A stretch of DNA of 61,058 bases, counting the filler. It is 8 parts of 8 records of this genome, joined end to end, with 100 filler letters (N's around TTAATTAATTAA, not from the genome) between each part and the next. Parts side by side here need not be neighbours in the genome. Positions count along the whole stretch, not along the records: positions 8,688 to 14,027 come from SRR31147125_49429; positions 14,128 to 21,997 come from SRR31147125_49432; positions 22,098 to 28,234 come from SRR31147125_49462; 5 more parts are not named here. One strand, 5' to 3'. Position numbers and translations under genes: made by a program. Positions within the stretch are counted from its first letter, which is position 1. Every line of letters starts with the position of its first letter. The notes under the pieces are model-generated. The model made no database searches. It saw nothing but the letters and a program-made list of their open reading frames with translations, and was not told the DNA's origin. Of this stretch, positions 11,866 through 24,294 are shown piece after piece.

Positions 11866-13914
11866 TCATCCTCTCCATACAAACGAGAGATGAGTGCTTT
11901 GGGGTTCCTCAGGCGTATCGAGGGCTCGAAGGGCATCATGGTACAAGTGCTCTTGATATCTGGGGATGTTTGGGGTGAGAAACGATGGAGAAGTACGGAT
12001 CTCCGCAACTTGGCAAAGAACCGAGACGATGGGAGAAGGTGGGGGCATGTTGTGGCAGGATCCCGAACAAATACTTAGTGGGAGACCATGTTACGTCTGC
12101 ATCGGAGCGCTGAGGGATAGGCAACACTACGTACGTGAGTGGATGAGGGAATCACCACTGAGAACCGAGAGAAAGTCCTCCAGTTTCGTCAGAGTAGAGG
12201 AATGCAGATGTCCTGTTGTCGGTGTCTTCTTTGGGTCTTCTTGAATAGAGAAGTGGGGCGGGGGAGTTGCCTTCTCCGTGGAGGGCAAAGACGGACAGGA
12301 ATGGGCGTGATCCGGCGGGGTTCGAGAGGGATCTACACTCCTTTCTTTGCAAGGAGAACGACGGCTGGTGGAGATGGCAGAAAGGGGACGTCCTCGTCCA
12401 CTATCAACCTGAGGTTTGACCTGCGTCCCACCATGGGGTGTGAGGTGTGCAATCGGATCGATCCCACGCGCGCGAACGAACCCTGGACCAATCAAGTCGT
12501 TGGGGTTGCATCCGCTGACTATGACGTCTCAAGAATGTACGTGTCGGGGATACGTTATCCTTTTCGGGGTGTTCGTCTTCTTTCTCTTTGGGTTTCTCAC
12601 AGGTTGGTGGTCTACAGGGAGTCGGTGTCTTCCTGGGGGACGTATCGTCGTTGTCATCGTCCTCTGGCTCCCAATCTCCCTCCCACTGCTCTTCCGGTTC
12701 TTCCTTCTCATCCCCCTCGCATGGAGGTCGAAAGGATCTACGTCGATCCACACACGTACGAAGAAACCGTTGAATTGTTCGGGCGGCCTGATCGTGTAGG
12801 GCCGTGTTGGGTACATTGTTCCGACGTCGTGCAAGATGACTGTTTTGAACATTCAACCCTAATCCTGATCGAAAGGAAAGAAGAACAGAACGCACCGTCG
12901 AAACGCCCTCTGAATCACCACAGCTCCCCTTCGTCGATGGACGGCTTGTGCTTCTCGCTCCCATGCCTTTTGCGATGTCAGAGATGATCCAGAGGAAAGG
13001 GAACGTACATCGGCCATCATTCTTGCAGCTTCCTCCTTTCGTCTTTGGCGTTCTTTTGTCTCCAACTCCTCCGCATGGCGACGACGTGTCTCCATTTCTT
13101 CTCCCCATGCCGTATCGATTGCCAATTCCCATGGTCGCACATTCTGAATGGAGTAGTCTTAGGGGGAGTGGAGTGACACACACGATCCCCCGACACACAC
13201 CGTCCTATCTGATCGATTGCTGTATCCTGGACGTTTGTACGTATACACATCCTCCTAAGGGATGGGACAAATTCAGTCCATCACCAACCCTATCCCATCG
13301 TTTCGTACCGTCGATTGCACGCCAGGAGCCATCTTAACCTCCTCAACGGATGGAATCGCACCCTCGTCCATCAACTGTTCTCCCATCACACGCCGCGCAC
13401 GATCATGGATACGCTGGCGTTCCACCGACGCCATTGCACCACGGCACAAATCATTATGCCCACTAAGAAATTGTGACGAGAGAGACGCTCGAGGAGGATC
13501 GCGCTTGGGGATTGTGTCGTCGTCGTCGGATGGCGACGCAAAGGTCGGAACTGTTCGTCCCCGTCGAAGACGCGCGTGCAGGAGGGAGAGTGCTTGCGGG
13601 TGGAACACAGGTTCGGTCTTGGGCTTTCTCGTGTCGTGAGACGCGCGTCCCCGCCCACAACCCCTCCTCCCAACGTACCACCACCTCGCTTGCTTCCCCT
13701 TCCCTTTGTTCAGGGAAACCTTGTTGTCGTTCTCTTCCTTTGACACGTGGAGGGACCAAGAGAGGTGGGAAGAGTTGTGCAGGGAGATGAGGTCGTCTTG
13801 GGGCGGGTCGAGGGTGAAGGGACTCCCACGACGTATCCCCTGGTGGCCACGCGAGGGCCGAGCGCCCCTCCATCTGACATGGCGTAATGACGGATTGAGG
13901 CGGTGTGGTTCCAT
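11866..13914 (-). CDS. Multi-exon hypothetical protein with two IQ calmodulin-binding motifs
   Basis: Exons include AVVIQRAFRR and AARTIQRFLR plus a charged coiled segment. The 3' exons splice in frame to TGA at 11866. Start and internal boundaries are uncertain. Confidence 0.55.
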
Positions 13915-13967
13915 TCTGTTCCATTCTGTTCCTCCCCTCCATGGATCCCCTAAATCCTGTAGATCCC

Positions 13968-14027
13968 ATGGAAGAAGAGAGGGAGGAGGAAGAGGAGGAA
14001 GAAGAAGAGGAGGAAGAGGAAGAAGAA
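13968..14027 (+). repeat. GAA/GAG purine repeat; reads ATG then poly-Glu (possible start of a divergent gene)
   Basis: ATG GAA GAA GAG AGG GAG GAG GAA... continues to the contig end. Confidence 0.6.
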
Positions 14028-14127
14028 NNNNNNNNNNNNNNNNNNNNNNNNNNNNNNNNNNNNNNNNNNNNTTAATTAATTAANNNNNNNNNNNNNNNNN
14101 NNNNNNNNNNNNNNNNNNNNNNNNNNN
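14028..14127. other. Artificial contig spacer
   Basis: N44-TTAATTAATTAA-N44. Confidence 0.98.
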
Positions 14128-15004
14128 GGGGAGATTGCTGTGTCCTTGATCCAGTTTCCCGTAGGAGCCTTCCTGCATGTCCCGTTCATCATGATGGACG
14201 AATTTGGATATGGCTACGGTGGGATCACGAGGTGTCCATCCCCACCCTCCTGATCTGCTTCCTCTTTAGTATACAAAGATGTGGCGGCATACGGCTGGGG
14301 GTATCTCATCGTGTCCATCATTTGGTTCATAATCTTCACGGATTGTTGTATCTATTGGATCCACTACGGGCTGCATGTGCCCCCTTTCTATGCATGGTTC
14401 CACAAGACCCACCACAGGTACGGTGGTTTGGAGAGGAGCGGGATGGATTCTGTGCAGCGGACTGAGTGGGAAATAGCTTTCGAGAGACAACCCCATTCGC
14501 TTCGCATGCCTTCCACCCTGTGGATGGATTTCTTCAGGTGCATGGCAAACATTGGATCTGAGGATGCCTGTGCATGACTGACAGACGTGCTTGGACAAAG
14601 GGATTCCCCTATCACCTCTTCATCAAACTCTTCCCCATGCATCATATTGTATGGGTTCTCATGCTTGGATTTGTGAATTTATGGACTGTGAACATTCATG
14701 ATGTACGTGTGTGTGTGTGCGTGTGCGTGTGGGGGGCAGGGGCGTCAGATCTGAACGAGAAACCAGCAAGTGAAAGCATGTCCGGGATCGATTGTCAATG
14801 GAGCACGTCATCACACGCAACACCACATTTACTTCAAGTATAACTATGGACAGTACTTCACCGTACGCCTCTGATCGCTTGCTCTGTTCCTGTTTCCTCT
14901 TCTCCTCTGATCCATCCGGTCGTTTCCAGTTCTGGGACAAGGTTATGGGAACATATCTGGAACCAGGAGCGAAGCCTCCTTCAACGACAGAGAAGATCCA
15001 GTAG
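14128..15004 (+). CDS. ERG3: Sterol C5-desaturase / lathosterol oxidase (fatty acid hydroxylase superfamily), 5' truncated, multi-exon
   Basis: His boxes IFTDCCIYWIHYGLH, HKTHH, SHAFHP, NIHD, NGARHHTQHHIYFKYNYGQYFT|FWDKVMGTY. Confidence 0.85.
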
Positions 15005-15150
15005 AAGGGACTTCGCCACAGTCCTCTCATAAATGACTTCTTGAGTCAGATCCTCCCAGTCATCCCCCGGGCACCGCGTCCGCCCCCGCCGCTCCTACGC
15101 GGCACCTCTCATGTTGGTTTCTTGAGTGTAGCGTGTACTCAGACCGTCCC

Positions 15151-18100
15151 ATGGCGACGTTCACCCGTCTGAAGGTTGGGTTGGGTTGGGTTGGATCCCT
15201 GTTGCGTCTCACGAGGAAGTAGACCCTTACAGGATGGGTAAAGGATGTGGTCCGAAAGCGTGGGGTGTCGGTTGTGGACCTGGCGGCTGACATGCGGGAC
15301 GGCCATGTCCTCCTTACCCTTGTACGTGTGTTGTATGGGACCGCCTACGTTCTGGTGCTGAATCACTGTATCCAGATTGAGGTTTTGAGTGGCGAGGGCG
15401 TAGGCAAGTACGAAAAGGTAACATGCCGCCACGGTGGGGTTGCCACGACAACCCGTGACGTGACGTGACGTAACACACACACACCCAACGCCTCATCAGC
15501 ATCCCAAAACACGACACCGTAAGATCTCCAATGTCGAGCTTGGTCTCACAAAGCTCAACGAGTTGGGTGTTGTGTGTCCCCACCTCCAAGCAAGCGGTGC
15601 GGACTTGTTGGTGATGAGGATGGGGATGATGATGATGATAGACGGGAGGATTGATTCTGCAGAAGTCGTCGATGGTGATCTAAATGCCATTCTGACTTTG
15701 GTGTGGGAACTTGTCCACGTCTTTGCATTAGAATCGAACACAGAGGTGAGGAGGGAATAACCGCCATTGTACCGCTCATCACTATGGATGGTATGGATTA
15801 GGCCAGTCTCACGACTGCACTGCAAAACCGACTACAGGACTACGCTGGACTCCATGTCCAGAATTTCTCCACAAGGTTTCTAAGCGGTTGGGTGCTTCGT
15901 CTCTCTCTGTCTTTCTCACACAAATCCACTAGCTTTCGTGACGGGCTGGTATTTTGTGCTCTCGTTCATCAACGTCGTCCTGATCTTATTGATTTCAATG
16001 CGCTTGATCAAGTGCGTGTGGCATGTGGTGGGCATACTCAACCAATGCACGGTGTGATGGAAAGGGTGAAAGTGCTGAGAACTTGAGTATTGCATTCAAC
16101 CTGGCCGAGAAGCATCTGGGCGTTCCACGACTCCTGGATCCGACCGATCTCATGATGGATACCCCCGACGAGAAGAGGTATTCGATGATTGGCCACACTC
16201 CCTCTCACTCTCATACACACACACACACACACACACGCACAGTGTGTTGACCTACCTATCCTACTTTGGCATACATCCTCCTCCTTCTCATCCTTATCCT
16301 GAATCGCCCGGGGAGACTCAGGCTCAATGGCACAAGAGGAGCGATCAGCTGGCTGCAAGGCTCGCTGAAATGGAGGCCGCCCTCAAGCAGGAACGACAAG
16401 CGCGAAGCGAGGCCGAGGATACATTGGCCTCTCTTGAGAAGGGCCTCACCGCTTTACAGGCGTCCCTGGCTGCTCAAGGACAAGAGAAACGCGAACTCCA
16501 TGCACTGCGAGACCGGGCCGTGAGTGAATTGGAAGATCTGAGGAAACGGTTGTGTGAGGAAGAAGAGAAGCGTGTCTCCATAGAGAAACAACTCGAGTCT
16601 ATACGTGTAGAGGGAGCTAAGGACACACAGGATGTGGAAAATCGGCTTAGCAAGGCACTGGAACAGTTGCATCTCGCAAGGACGGAGGTAGAAGATGTAC
16701 GTGCAGCACGAGATGTTCAAGACCAAAATCTTGCAGTGTCCAACGATGCCCGTGCGGCACTTAATGGTGCTCTGGAACGTATGGAGCATGACATGACAGA
16801 ATTGGATGCTGTGGTGGTTCGTGACAAAAAGGAAAAGGAAGCGCTCCTCCGAGAGAAGATGGCACTGGAAGAAGAATTGCGAGACGCACGGGAAACTATC
16901 GAAACCAACCAAGGCCGTCACGAGCAAATACGAACGGATGAGACAGAAAGAGTGCACAAAGAAGAACATCTTCAGGCCGTTCTTGCACAAGCGCGTGAAA
17001 CAGAACAGCGGCTGACCGATGACATGACCTCGGCACGACAAGAAATTGAATCCTTACAAGAACGTGTTACCCAGTTACGAGAAGAGCTAGAGAAGGCAAA
17101 TCAGGACGTTGAACACGAAAGAGCCAATGGACGGGAGGCGCTGAAAGGTCTGCAGATGCAGTTCGAGAAAGTAGAATCCGAACGAAAAGCACTGGAGGAC
17201 AAGGTCGGCAACCTTCAAGAGATTCTTTCTACGCGTGATGAATGGGAGGAGGAAGTGAAGGCCCTTGTCAACCAGACAGCGAAGCGTGTCCAGGATGAGA
17301 GGGCTCGCTGGGCGACGGATCGAGCCTCCTTGGACAGAGAACGAGTACAGTTACGTGAGAGCGTAGTTCTGCACCAAGCTCATGGGGAGGAGCTGGAACG
17401 AGAAAAGAGGGAGTGGGAGAGTGAACGTCGATGCCTCATAGAGGATTTAGAAGCACTTCGCCATATTGTTGATGAAGCTGATCGAGAACGTGAGGCGTGG
17501 GAGAGCGAGCGTGTGCAACTGGAAGAAGACCAGAGGGCCGCTCGCACAGCGCAACTTCAAGCCTGGGAATTGGAACGGGAGCGTTTGTGTCAAGAGAGAG
17601 AACAGTTCGAGGCCGACACGATGAAGCAACAAATAGAAGAGGGAGAGGCCTTACACCGAGAGTTGACTGATCTGCGTGAGAATCTGGAGGCCCGAGACGT
17701 GCGCATAGATGAATTGGATGCTATGGTACAGCATGCAGCGGCAGAGAAGGCCCTGGCTAGTGCGACGGAAGAACAGCTTCGACAAGAACTATCCGAGGCA
17801 ATGGAACATCGATCAACGATGGAGGTTCAAATCAACGAACTCACAGGCAGCTACGATACGGCCCGAATGGACCACGATGCAGCCCAGAAGATGGTTTCTG
17901 CATGCAATGTGGAGATCGCCAAACTGCGGGGTGATATAGCTGCACTGGAGTTGGAGCGTACCGAGATAAAACGGGCAACAGGTTCAGAGGAAGATCAGGA
18001 CTCTCTCAAGGCCCAGTGTGCTGCACTGGAATCGCGTGTGGCAGATCTGGAGCGTGAACTGAGCGAATCCAGGCAAAGGATGTATGAGATGGAAAGTGTC

Positions 18101-20434
18101 ATGAGAAGCGCACAAGAGGAGGCACGCGTTCAACAAGAGGCCCGTGACACTGAGCGAAGTGTTGCTTCGCAAGCGAATCGCGTGTTGGAGGAGACACTCG
18201 AAGAGATGGGGTCTCAGACAGCTCGTGACAAGGAAGACCATGAACGAATCTATGCAAAATGGAGTGCTGAGAGTGTTGAATTGAGGGAGACGATAAAACG
18301 CCTGGAAGCTCAACTAGCAGTGGGTATGTTTGATCTCTTGTCGTGTATGGAAAGTTGACCTTACACCAACCACGTGGATGGCAGTGGCGCTTAGTCCTGA
18401 AGATCGCCTTGTGGAAGCGGAGCGCCGAGCCCGTGAGTCAGAGGCGCGTGTAGCTGCAATGGATAGTCAACGTGAAGAAATCGCCAAGGAGATGAAACGA
18501 CTCGAAGCGCATGCCAAGAAGATGGAGACACAACGACAGGAATTGGATGCCCAAGAATGGAAAATGGGAGAGGAAGTACAAGAATTGCGTAACGAGCTTG
18601 AACGGGAGGAGAGACGGCGTGTGACGGCCGAACGTGAATGTGGAAAGGCAACGAGGCACGTGGGATGAATGGATTGTTTCTTCTACGAAATGACTTTGCA
18701 TGGATGGATAGGGCTTGTGACCGCGGGCGGCAGACCGCTGAGGCGATTGATACCCTTAACGAAGCGTTGGGTGTGGTGCAGTTGCTTGAAGAATTGCTAG
18801 ATGAAGAGGCACGAGCGAATGGAATAGGAGCGGTGTGCCGTATGAATCCACAGAACTCTGGTTCTATCTAACTGCTTTGATTGATGTCATAGGATGTGGA
18901 ATGGCGTCGTAAGCGAATCGGTGAACTAATATGCGATCTCCAGTCACGCTGTGATGTGCGTTCCTGTTGCCGATTTGTATTGAAGTGATAGATTGCCTTG
19001 GTGTCGTAGTTGGAGAGGGAACTGGTATCAAAGGTTCATGAGGAAATCAAACAACAAGAAGATGAGTCTCAACACCTGCGCGAAGCGGAACCAGAGGTGA
19101 GTGCGTGGCGTGTGTATGTGTGTGCGTGTGATCTATGAACCATACGGCCAAGGGAACGGAAAGTGAGGAAGCAGCGGAAAGGGAAGTGGCTCGTGTGGAG
19201 GTGCGTGCAACAATGGAACACACACCACGCGTGTATTCATCTCTCGTGTGTAGAAGGAAATGGAAGTCGAGGAAACCTTGTGTGATCTTGAAGACCACCT
19301 TCGGCGTCGTACACTGGGTCTCTTGTACCTCGAGCGCGCATTGGAACGGGTACACACAGTTCCTGGTGATGGGGATGAATGCACTCTGACCCATTCCCGA
19401 ATAACAGGCACAGAATTCGAGAAAAAGACTTCAACGCATGGAATCACCCACTCCCGTTGATCCAGAGAAGACAGCAGAGAAGCGTGGTGCTGTGGTGATC
19501 GTAGCACCCAAGGACCTTACTGCAGTCTCAACGGATTCGGCCGTCCAACCTCAGCCCCAGCCCCAGCCTCAGCCTCAGCCTCAGCCTCAGCCTCAGCCCC
19601 AATCCCAACCCAAGCTTGTGCGCTCGCGGGCGCGTTCCTGTTCGTACTTCTCATACGCGTACAGAATGCAATGGGCACCAGCCGTGCCAGCAAGAGCATG
19701 GGCCAGCTGCTCACCTCTGCAGCCCCGAAGCCGCGTCCCAAAGTCGCTTCTAATTCGGCAGCCACACGAAAAGGCTCGGGTCCACTCACACAGCGATTGC
19801 GTGATCGCTCCAATTCTCCCAAGCCTACCTCTCCATCTACCCGACCTATGAGGCCCACGTCATCGAGCCCAGGACGTACCAAGTGCGTGAAAGAGATGGA
19901 GGTGTCGTGTACCTCACGCGGATACCCGTAGCCGGGATCAGGCGGGACCGGGGTTAACATTGACAGCTCTTGGTCTTCTTGCACGAAAGAGAGAGGGTGT
20001 TGATGCAGTAATGGAGGCGTTTCTTAAGCACCCAGCCGTTCAAGGTGTATTGAGTGGATCGGGAGCGCCGGTAAGCTGTGTGTGTGCGTGTGCGTGTGCG
20101 TGCAGATCCGTGATCCTGAGATTGAGGTACAGCCACTCGTACGCCTATCACCTGGGACGTATCAATATGCCGGAAAGAAGGTGTCTGTGACAATAGCCGG
20201 AGAGAATGTCCTGAGTATGTGGGAAGGAAGAGAAGGGAAGGAAGGAAACGTCCTCACCTCAGTTTCTGAATAGTTCGTAGTGGTTTGGGGGCTCCTGTGA
20301 AGTTTTTCGACTTTGTGTCGAGATTTCGAGGCGATCACGGGTCCCGTTCTCCGTACGTAGTCGTCCCCGGGATGGGGATGTTTGGCATGTCTTCTGATGG
20401 TTGTTCTCCGGGCAGTGCACCCAACGATCCATGA
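15151..20434 (+). CDS. Cytolinker: tandem CH1-CH2 actin-binding domain, long coiled coil, PQ/Ser-Pro linker and GAS2/GAR-like domain (roughly 1,400 aa, multi-exon)
   Basis: CH1: K|TLTGWV...[22 protein letters not shown]...[18 protein letters not shown]2: [29 protein letters not shown]...[23 protein letters not shown]...[14 protein letters not shown] 2.1-kb coiled-coil exon at about 16242-18323. C-terminus VDAVMEAFL...[40 protein letters not shown]. Confidence 0.8.
19546..19611 (+). repeat. (CAGCCY)n hexamer repeat encoding (QP)n
   Basis: [22 protein letters not shown] in frame within an exon of the cytolinker gene. Confidence 0.9.
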
Positions 20435-21814
20435 CTGCTTTCGTGATGCATGTGTATGTTGTTGATCTTGGCCTTCCACAAGGACTCGTTGTGCTTATCA
20501 GAGAATTGTGTGCCCACACGACTTTGTTCTCCCCCAAGGGGCCATCGTGGTCGTACAGATTCTTGGAGGGGATCAAACCATCCCATGCGGGCGCGTTCTA
20601 CACCCGTCCACGCGACCATGGTGCCATTGTCCGTACAAAGATGAAGGGGAGGACACACAAGCCGCATATCGAATGCGTTAGCCATGGCCTCCATCCGCAT
20701 CCGGACCACACGATTCGACGCCACACCCCCACAAAGTACCATGGCGTTCACCCTTGGTTCCATCTTCTTGCACCATCGCATAGCCCGTCGTGCCTTGGCT
20801 TCCAGCTGGGTACAATAGATGAGATGCATACAACGAACCCACAGCGCCTCTCTCACCTGAAGAATAACGGACTCCTGGAACGCTGCTGCAACATCCGCAC
20901 GTTCTTGATCCGTCAGTGCATGGATCGAAGAACGACGGGAACAGATGGAACGTATCTAACCCCCATTCTCAATCGTCATGTTTGTCGTCGTCGTCGTTGT
21001 GTACGAACCTTGAGGATCGTCGCATTTTTGAGACCGGCGAAGCTGAAATCACACCCAGGAACTCGTAGCATCGCCACAGGGAGGGGATACTGATGGGCGT
21101 GGCCCTGTTGTGCGAGCGCCTCCAGAGCTTTCCCCCTCCTCCTTTCCATTCGAGATCCAACAGTCGTGCCACCTTATCGAAGGCCTCTCCCACTGAATCG
21201 TCCACAGTGGAACCAAGAAGAACAAAATCCCCAACACCACGAGCCACCGCAAGCAGGCAGTGACCTCCCGATATCAATAGGGTTAGAAAGGGAAAGCTCA
21301 GATCACCCGGATCGAGCCGAGCCACAAGGGCGTGGGCTTCGAGGTGATTGACTGCAACGAAGGGTTTGCGATAGGTTCGAGCAATATCGCACGCGTGTGC
21401 TGTCCCCACCGACAGGCACCCACGGAGCCCAGGCCCAACTGTCGCCGCCACAACGTCAATGTCGTGGAGAGAGACCTTCGCTGTGTTCAACGCTTCCTCG
21501 AGCATGAGAGGCATGTTTTTGTGGTGTTCCCGAGCGGCTACGTCTGGTTTGATACCCATGAAGGGAGCGTGTTGCTGTCTGACGTTGGCACCATCCCACA
21601 CGCACACCCGATGCACACGTACAGCATATTGTGATGCTAAGGATGCTCCCAGAATTTGACCCTCCGACTTCACTACGGCCACGCCTGTGTCGTCACACGA
21701 CGTTTCCATCCCCAACACCACAAAAGGTCGAGAGAAGAACGAAGCCATGGAACGTAGAAGGCAGGGACGACAAGAGAGGAGGAGAGGGATCCTACGACGA
21801 GGACCCGTCCACAT
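20335..21814 (-). CDS. OSGEPL1: tRNA N6-adenosine threonylcarbamoyltransferase, mitochondrial type (Qri7/OSGEPL1/TsaD)
   Basis: VLGMETSCDDTG, VAATVGPGL, VNHLEAHAL, LLISGGHC, DDSVGEAFDKVAR, DFSFAGLK, GGVASN, LCTDNGTMVAW, PRWPL. Arg-rich, acid-free N-terminal extension. One homopolymer frameshift near 21130; 3' end uncertain. Confidence 0.9.
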
Positions 21815-21997
21815 GATCGATCAAGAACGTGAGAGGAAAGGGAGGATTTCCCTTTCCTCTTTCCTGTTTCCTGTTTCTTGTTTCCTGTGTTGTCTTGGCA
21901 AGGAAGGATGGATCTAGAAGAGCATGTTCAGTGCATTCACGACGCTCGGTGTCGGATTGCACCGTATGTGAACCGTACGCCTGTAATGTCGTCTCGT

Positions 21998-22097
21998 NNN
22001 NNNNNNNNNNNNNNNNNNNNNNNNNNNNNNNNNNNNNNNNNTTAATTAATTAANNNNNNNNNNNNNNNNNNNNNNNNNNNNNNNNNNNNNNNNNNNN
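21998..22097. other. Artificial contig spacer (eukaryote/bacteria boundary)
   Basis: N44-TTAATTAATTAA-N44; composition switches to AT-rich, intron-free genes. Confidence 0.98.
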
Positions 22098-22400
22098 TTC
22101 AAAAGTATGTATAATTTTCAAATGACCCCCTGTTGATATTTGTTTTTTGGGTTTTAAAATCACAAAAAATAACGTTGAGGGGGTGTTTTTTTGTTGAAAA
22201 AAAGGAAGGTTGTGTGTTTGTTTCTGGAAAAATGTCAGAAAAGCATGGGGTGAAGCTTTATGAATCACTCTTTTTATCAAAAAGAAAGGCTATTTGGTGA
22301 TAAAATGTCAAAAAGACACAAAAATGACCAATGAATGAGAATAATGTTAATTAATTGTAAATTTAGAGAGGCAATTGATAGATGTAAATGATGACGTTTG

Positions 22401-24027
22401 CTATTTTGTTTTTACCAGGTAGGTATTTCTGAGCGATCGCTCTCTGCTTTTTGGGTTTATGAATTTAATTCCTGTGGCATTCATGCCTCTATGCTTAAAG
22501 CTATATATCGTATCAATAGGACATTTTAAACTTTTAATGTCTTGTAGGCCTTCTTCGTAGCAAAAGATCCATGAGTTTGGTGTTTGGGTGGTTGTTTTTA
22601 AAGATTCCCAGTTTTTAATTTGAATGGCTTCGCTTTTACAGTAGAAAAACAATTCAAACTGTTCGTAATTGTAATTGTATAAAGTCGCATCTTCTGATGC
22701 TTCTTGATTAAATGTGCGTGTTGCTATGTTGGGTGATTGATATTGGAAAGTGTATGGCAGTACATGTGCATTTAAATAAAAGGCGATTAATGATATGACC
22801 ATTATGCTTGGTGCAAAAAAACGAATAAGACCAGCCTTTTCTTTTATATATATATATAATGTAAGAGCAAATAGAGTGAAAGCTAAAATCCAATATCCAA
22901 TTTTTTCAGTAGGAAAAAGGTAGGTCATGAATGAGAAGATACTAGCCCAGCATAATATGACCATGATGAGCTGCATATTCGCAAATGTTTTTTATCTTTT
23001 TGCTTCCTTCTGTGAAAATCCAGTCGAGCCATTTTCCAAGCAAAGCTGAAAACAGTGGAATTAGTATAAAAACGTAATTTGGGGCTTTCCCTTTAGCGAT
23101 TGATAAAATCACGAAAAATATCCAGATACCACCAAGAGTGAAATATTCTTTGTGCTTGAACTTTGTTTTAATTAATGATTTAAATTCAAGAAAAATGCTT
23201 CCTGCTAAAGCTAAACTCCATGGAGCGTATACATATAATAAAGTATGCATGTAGTAAAAGTAATCCGTATTGCTTCCTACGTAGTTTCCCGAAATTCGCC
23301 CAAAATTATTTGTAATAAAGAAAAAGCGTATGCCTTCAATACCGAATTGGTTGTATAATCCGATAAGTGCTGGCGAAGCAACAATCAATGCAATTGCAAT
23401 ACCTGCAATCCATTTCAGTTTGAAAATTTCTTTGAAATTTCCAGATAAGATGAGGTGTGTTCCGAGGGCAAATGCTGGAACTGCTCCGCCTATTGGTCCT
23501 TTGCTCATCATGGCAAGTCCAATAAAAGTGAAAGCAAAAATGAAGTTAATAGACTTTCTTTTCTTTAGGTAATCGAACAATTGCCATAGTGCAATTGCAA
23601 CATTGGTTTGAAGTATGGTGTCGGTATGTACATCCATGCAGTACAGAAAATATATTTCAGAAAAGAAAAGTGCGATTGCAGCATATAGTCCTGCTTGTTT
23701 GTTGTATAAGCTCTCTGTTAATTTGTAGGTGGCGAAAACACCAAATAATGCATAGATTACCGCAAAAAACTTATATCCTAAATTAGTTAGCCCAAAAATT
23801 TTAAATCCGATAGTCGAAAGCCAAAATAATAAAGGTGGTTTTTGATCATACGGATCCCCATGAATCTTCAGATTGATAAAGTCTCCATCAGTGTAAATGT
23901 TCTTGGCAATAGCCGCATATTTTCCTGCATCGCCGGTTAGATCAATAAAAAGACCAAAATAATAGGCAACAAGTGCGAATAGAACAGTTAAAGGAAATAT
24001 CCAATTCAGGCGGTTTCTTTCAAGCAT
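22401..24027 (-). CDS. ArnT / GT39-GT83 family membrane glycosyltransferase (one frameshift near 22985)
   Basis: DAGKYAAIAK, YDQKPPLLFWL, AMMSKGPIG and K.PNY motifs. ORFs 22942-24027 and 22401-22976 join across a homopolymer. Confidence 0.85.
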
Positions 24028-24294
24028 AATTGCAGTATTGTAACTTTATGTAATTACAGGCAAAATTGGTGAATTTTTTGTGAAACTGAAAGTCATTTGT
24101 AATCTGTGATTGTGATCGTGAAATACGATTTGCTATAATAATTGAGTATCTTTGGAAAGAATTCCATTTAACTGAAAGTTGCTCAGGTTTTTATTATAAA
24201 AAGATGGAATTTGATTTTTTGCTTTATACATTATTAATAGATGCTTCTTTTGGTTTTTGAGGCAGCAATAACAAACGATTCAAAATAATTACGG

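Noticed and set aside
12139-12987. 282-aa plus-strand ORF and other long antisense ORFs (e.g. 20401-21093, 16454-17041, 33024-33743)
   Set aside because: Shadow ORFs opposite better-supported genes; no motifs.
18640-18733. Possible GC-AG intron (AG|GCACGT) in the cytolinker
   Set aside because: A canonical GT-AG alternative (CAC|GTGGGA...GGCAG|ACC) also keeps the frame; undecidable without transcripts.
1-21997. Alternative genetic code or stop read-through explaining fragmented ORFs
   Set aside because: In the genes I spliced, the stops fall in GT-AG introns, and TAA, TAG and TGA each terminate genes normally.
22098-22330. Homopolymer-rich AT stretch with a 76-aa ORF
   Set aside because: Contig-edge sequence that looks low quality; no coding or RNA signal.
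21900-22400. Eukaryote-to-bacterium junction as a large HGT or endosymbiont insertion
   Set aside because: The switch coincides exactly with a spacer; there is no physical linkage.
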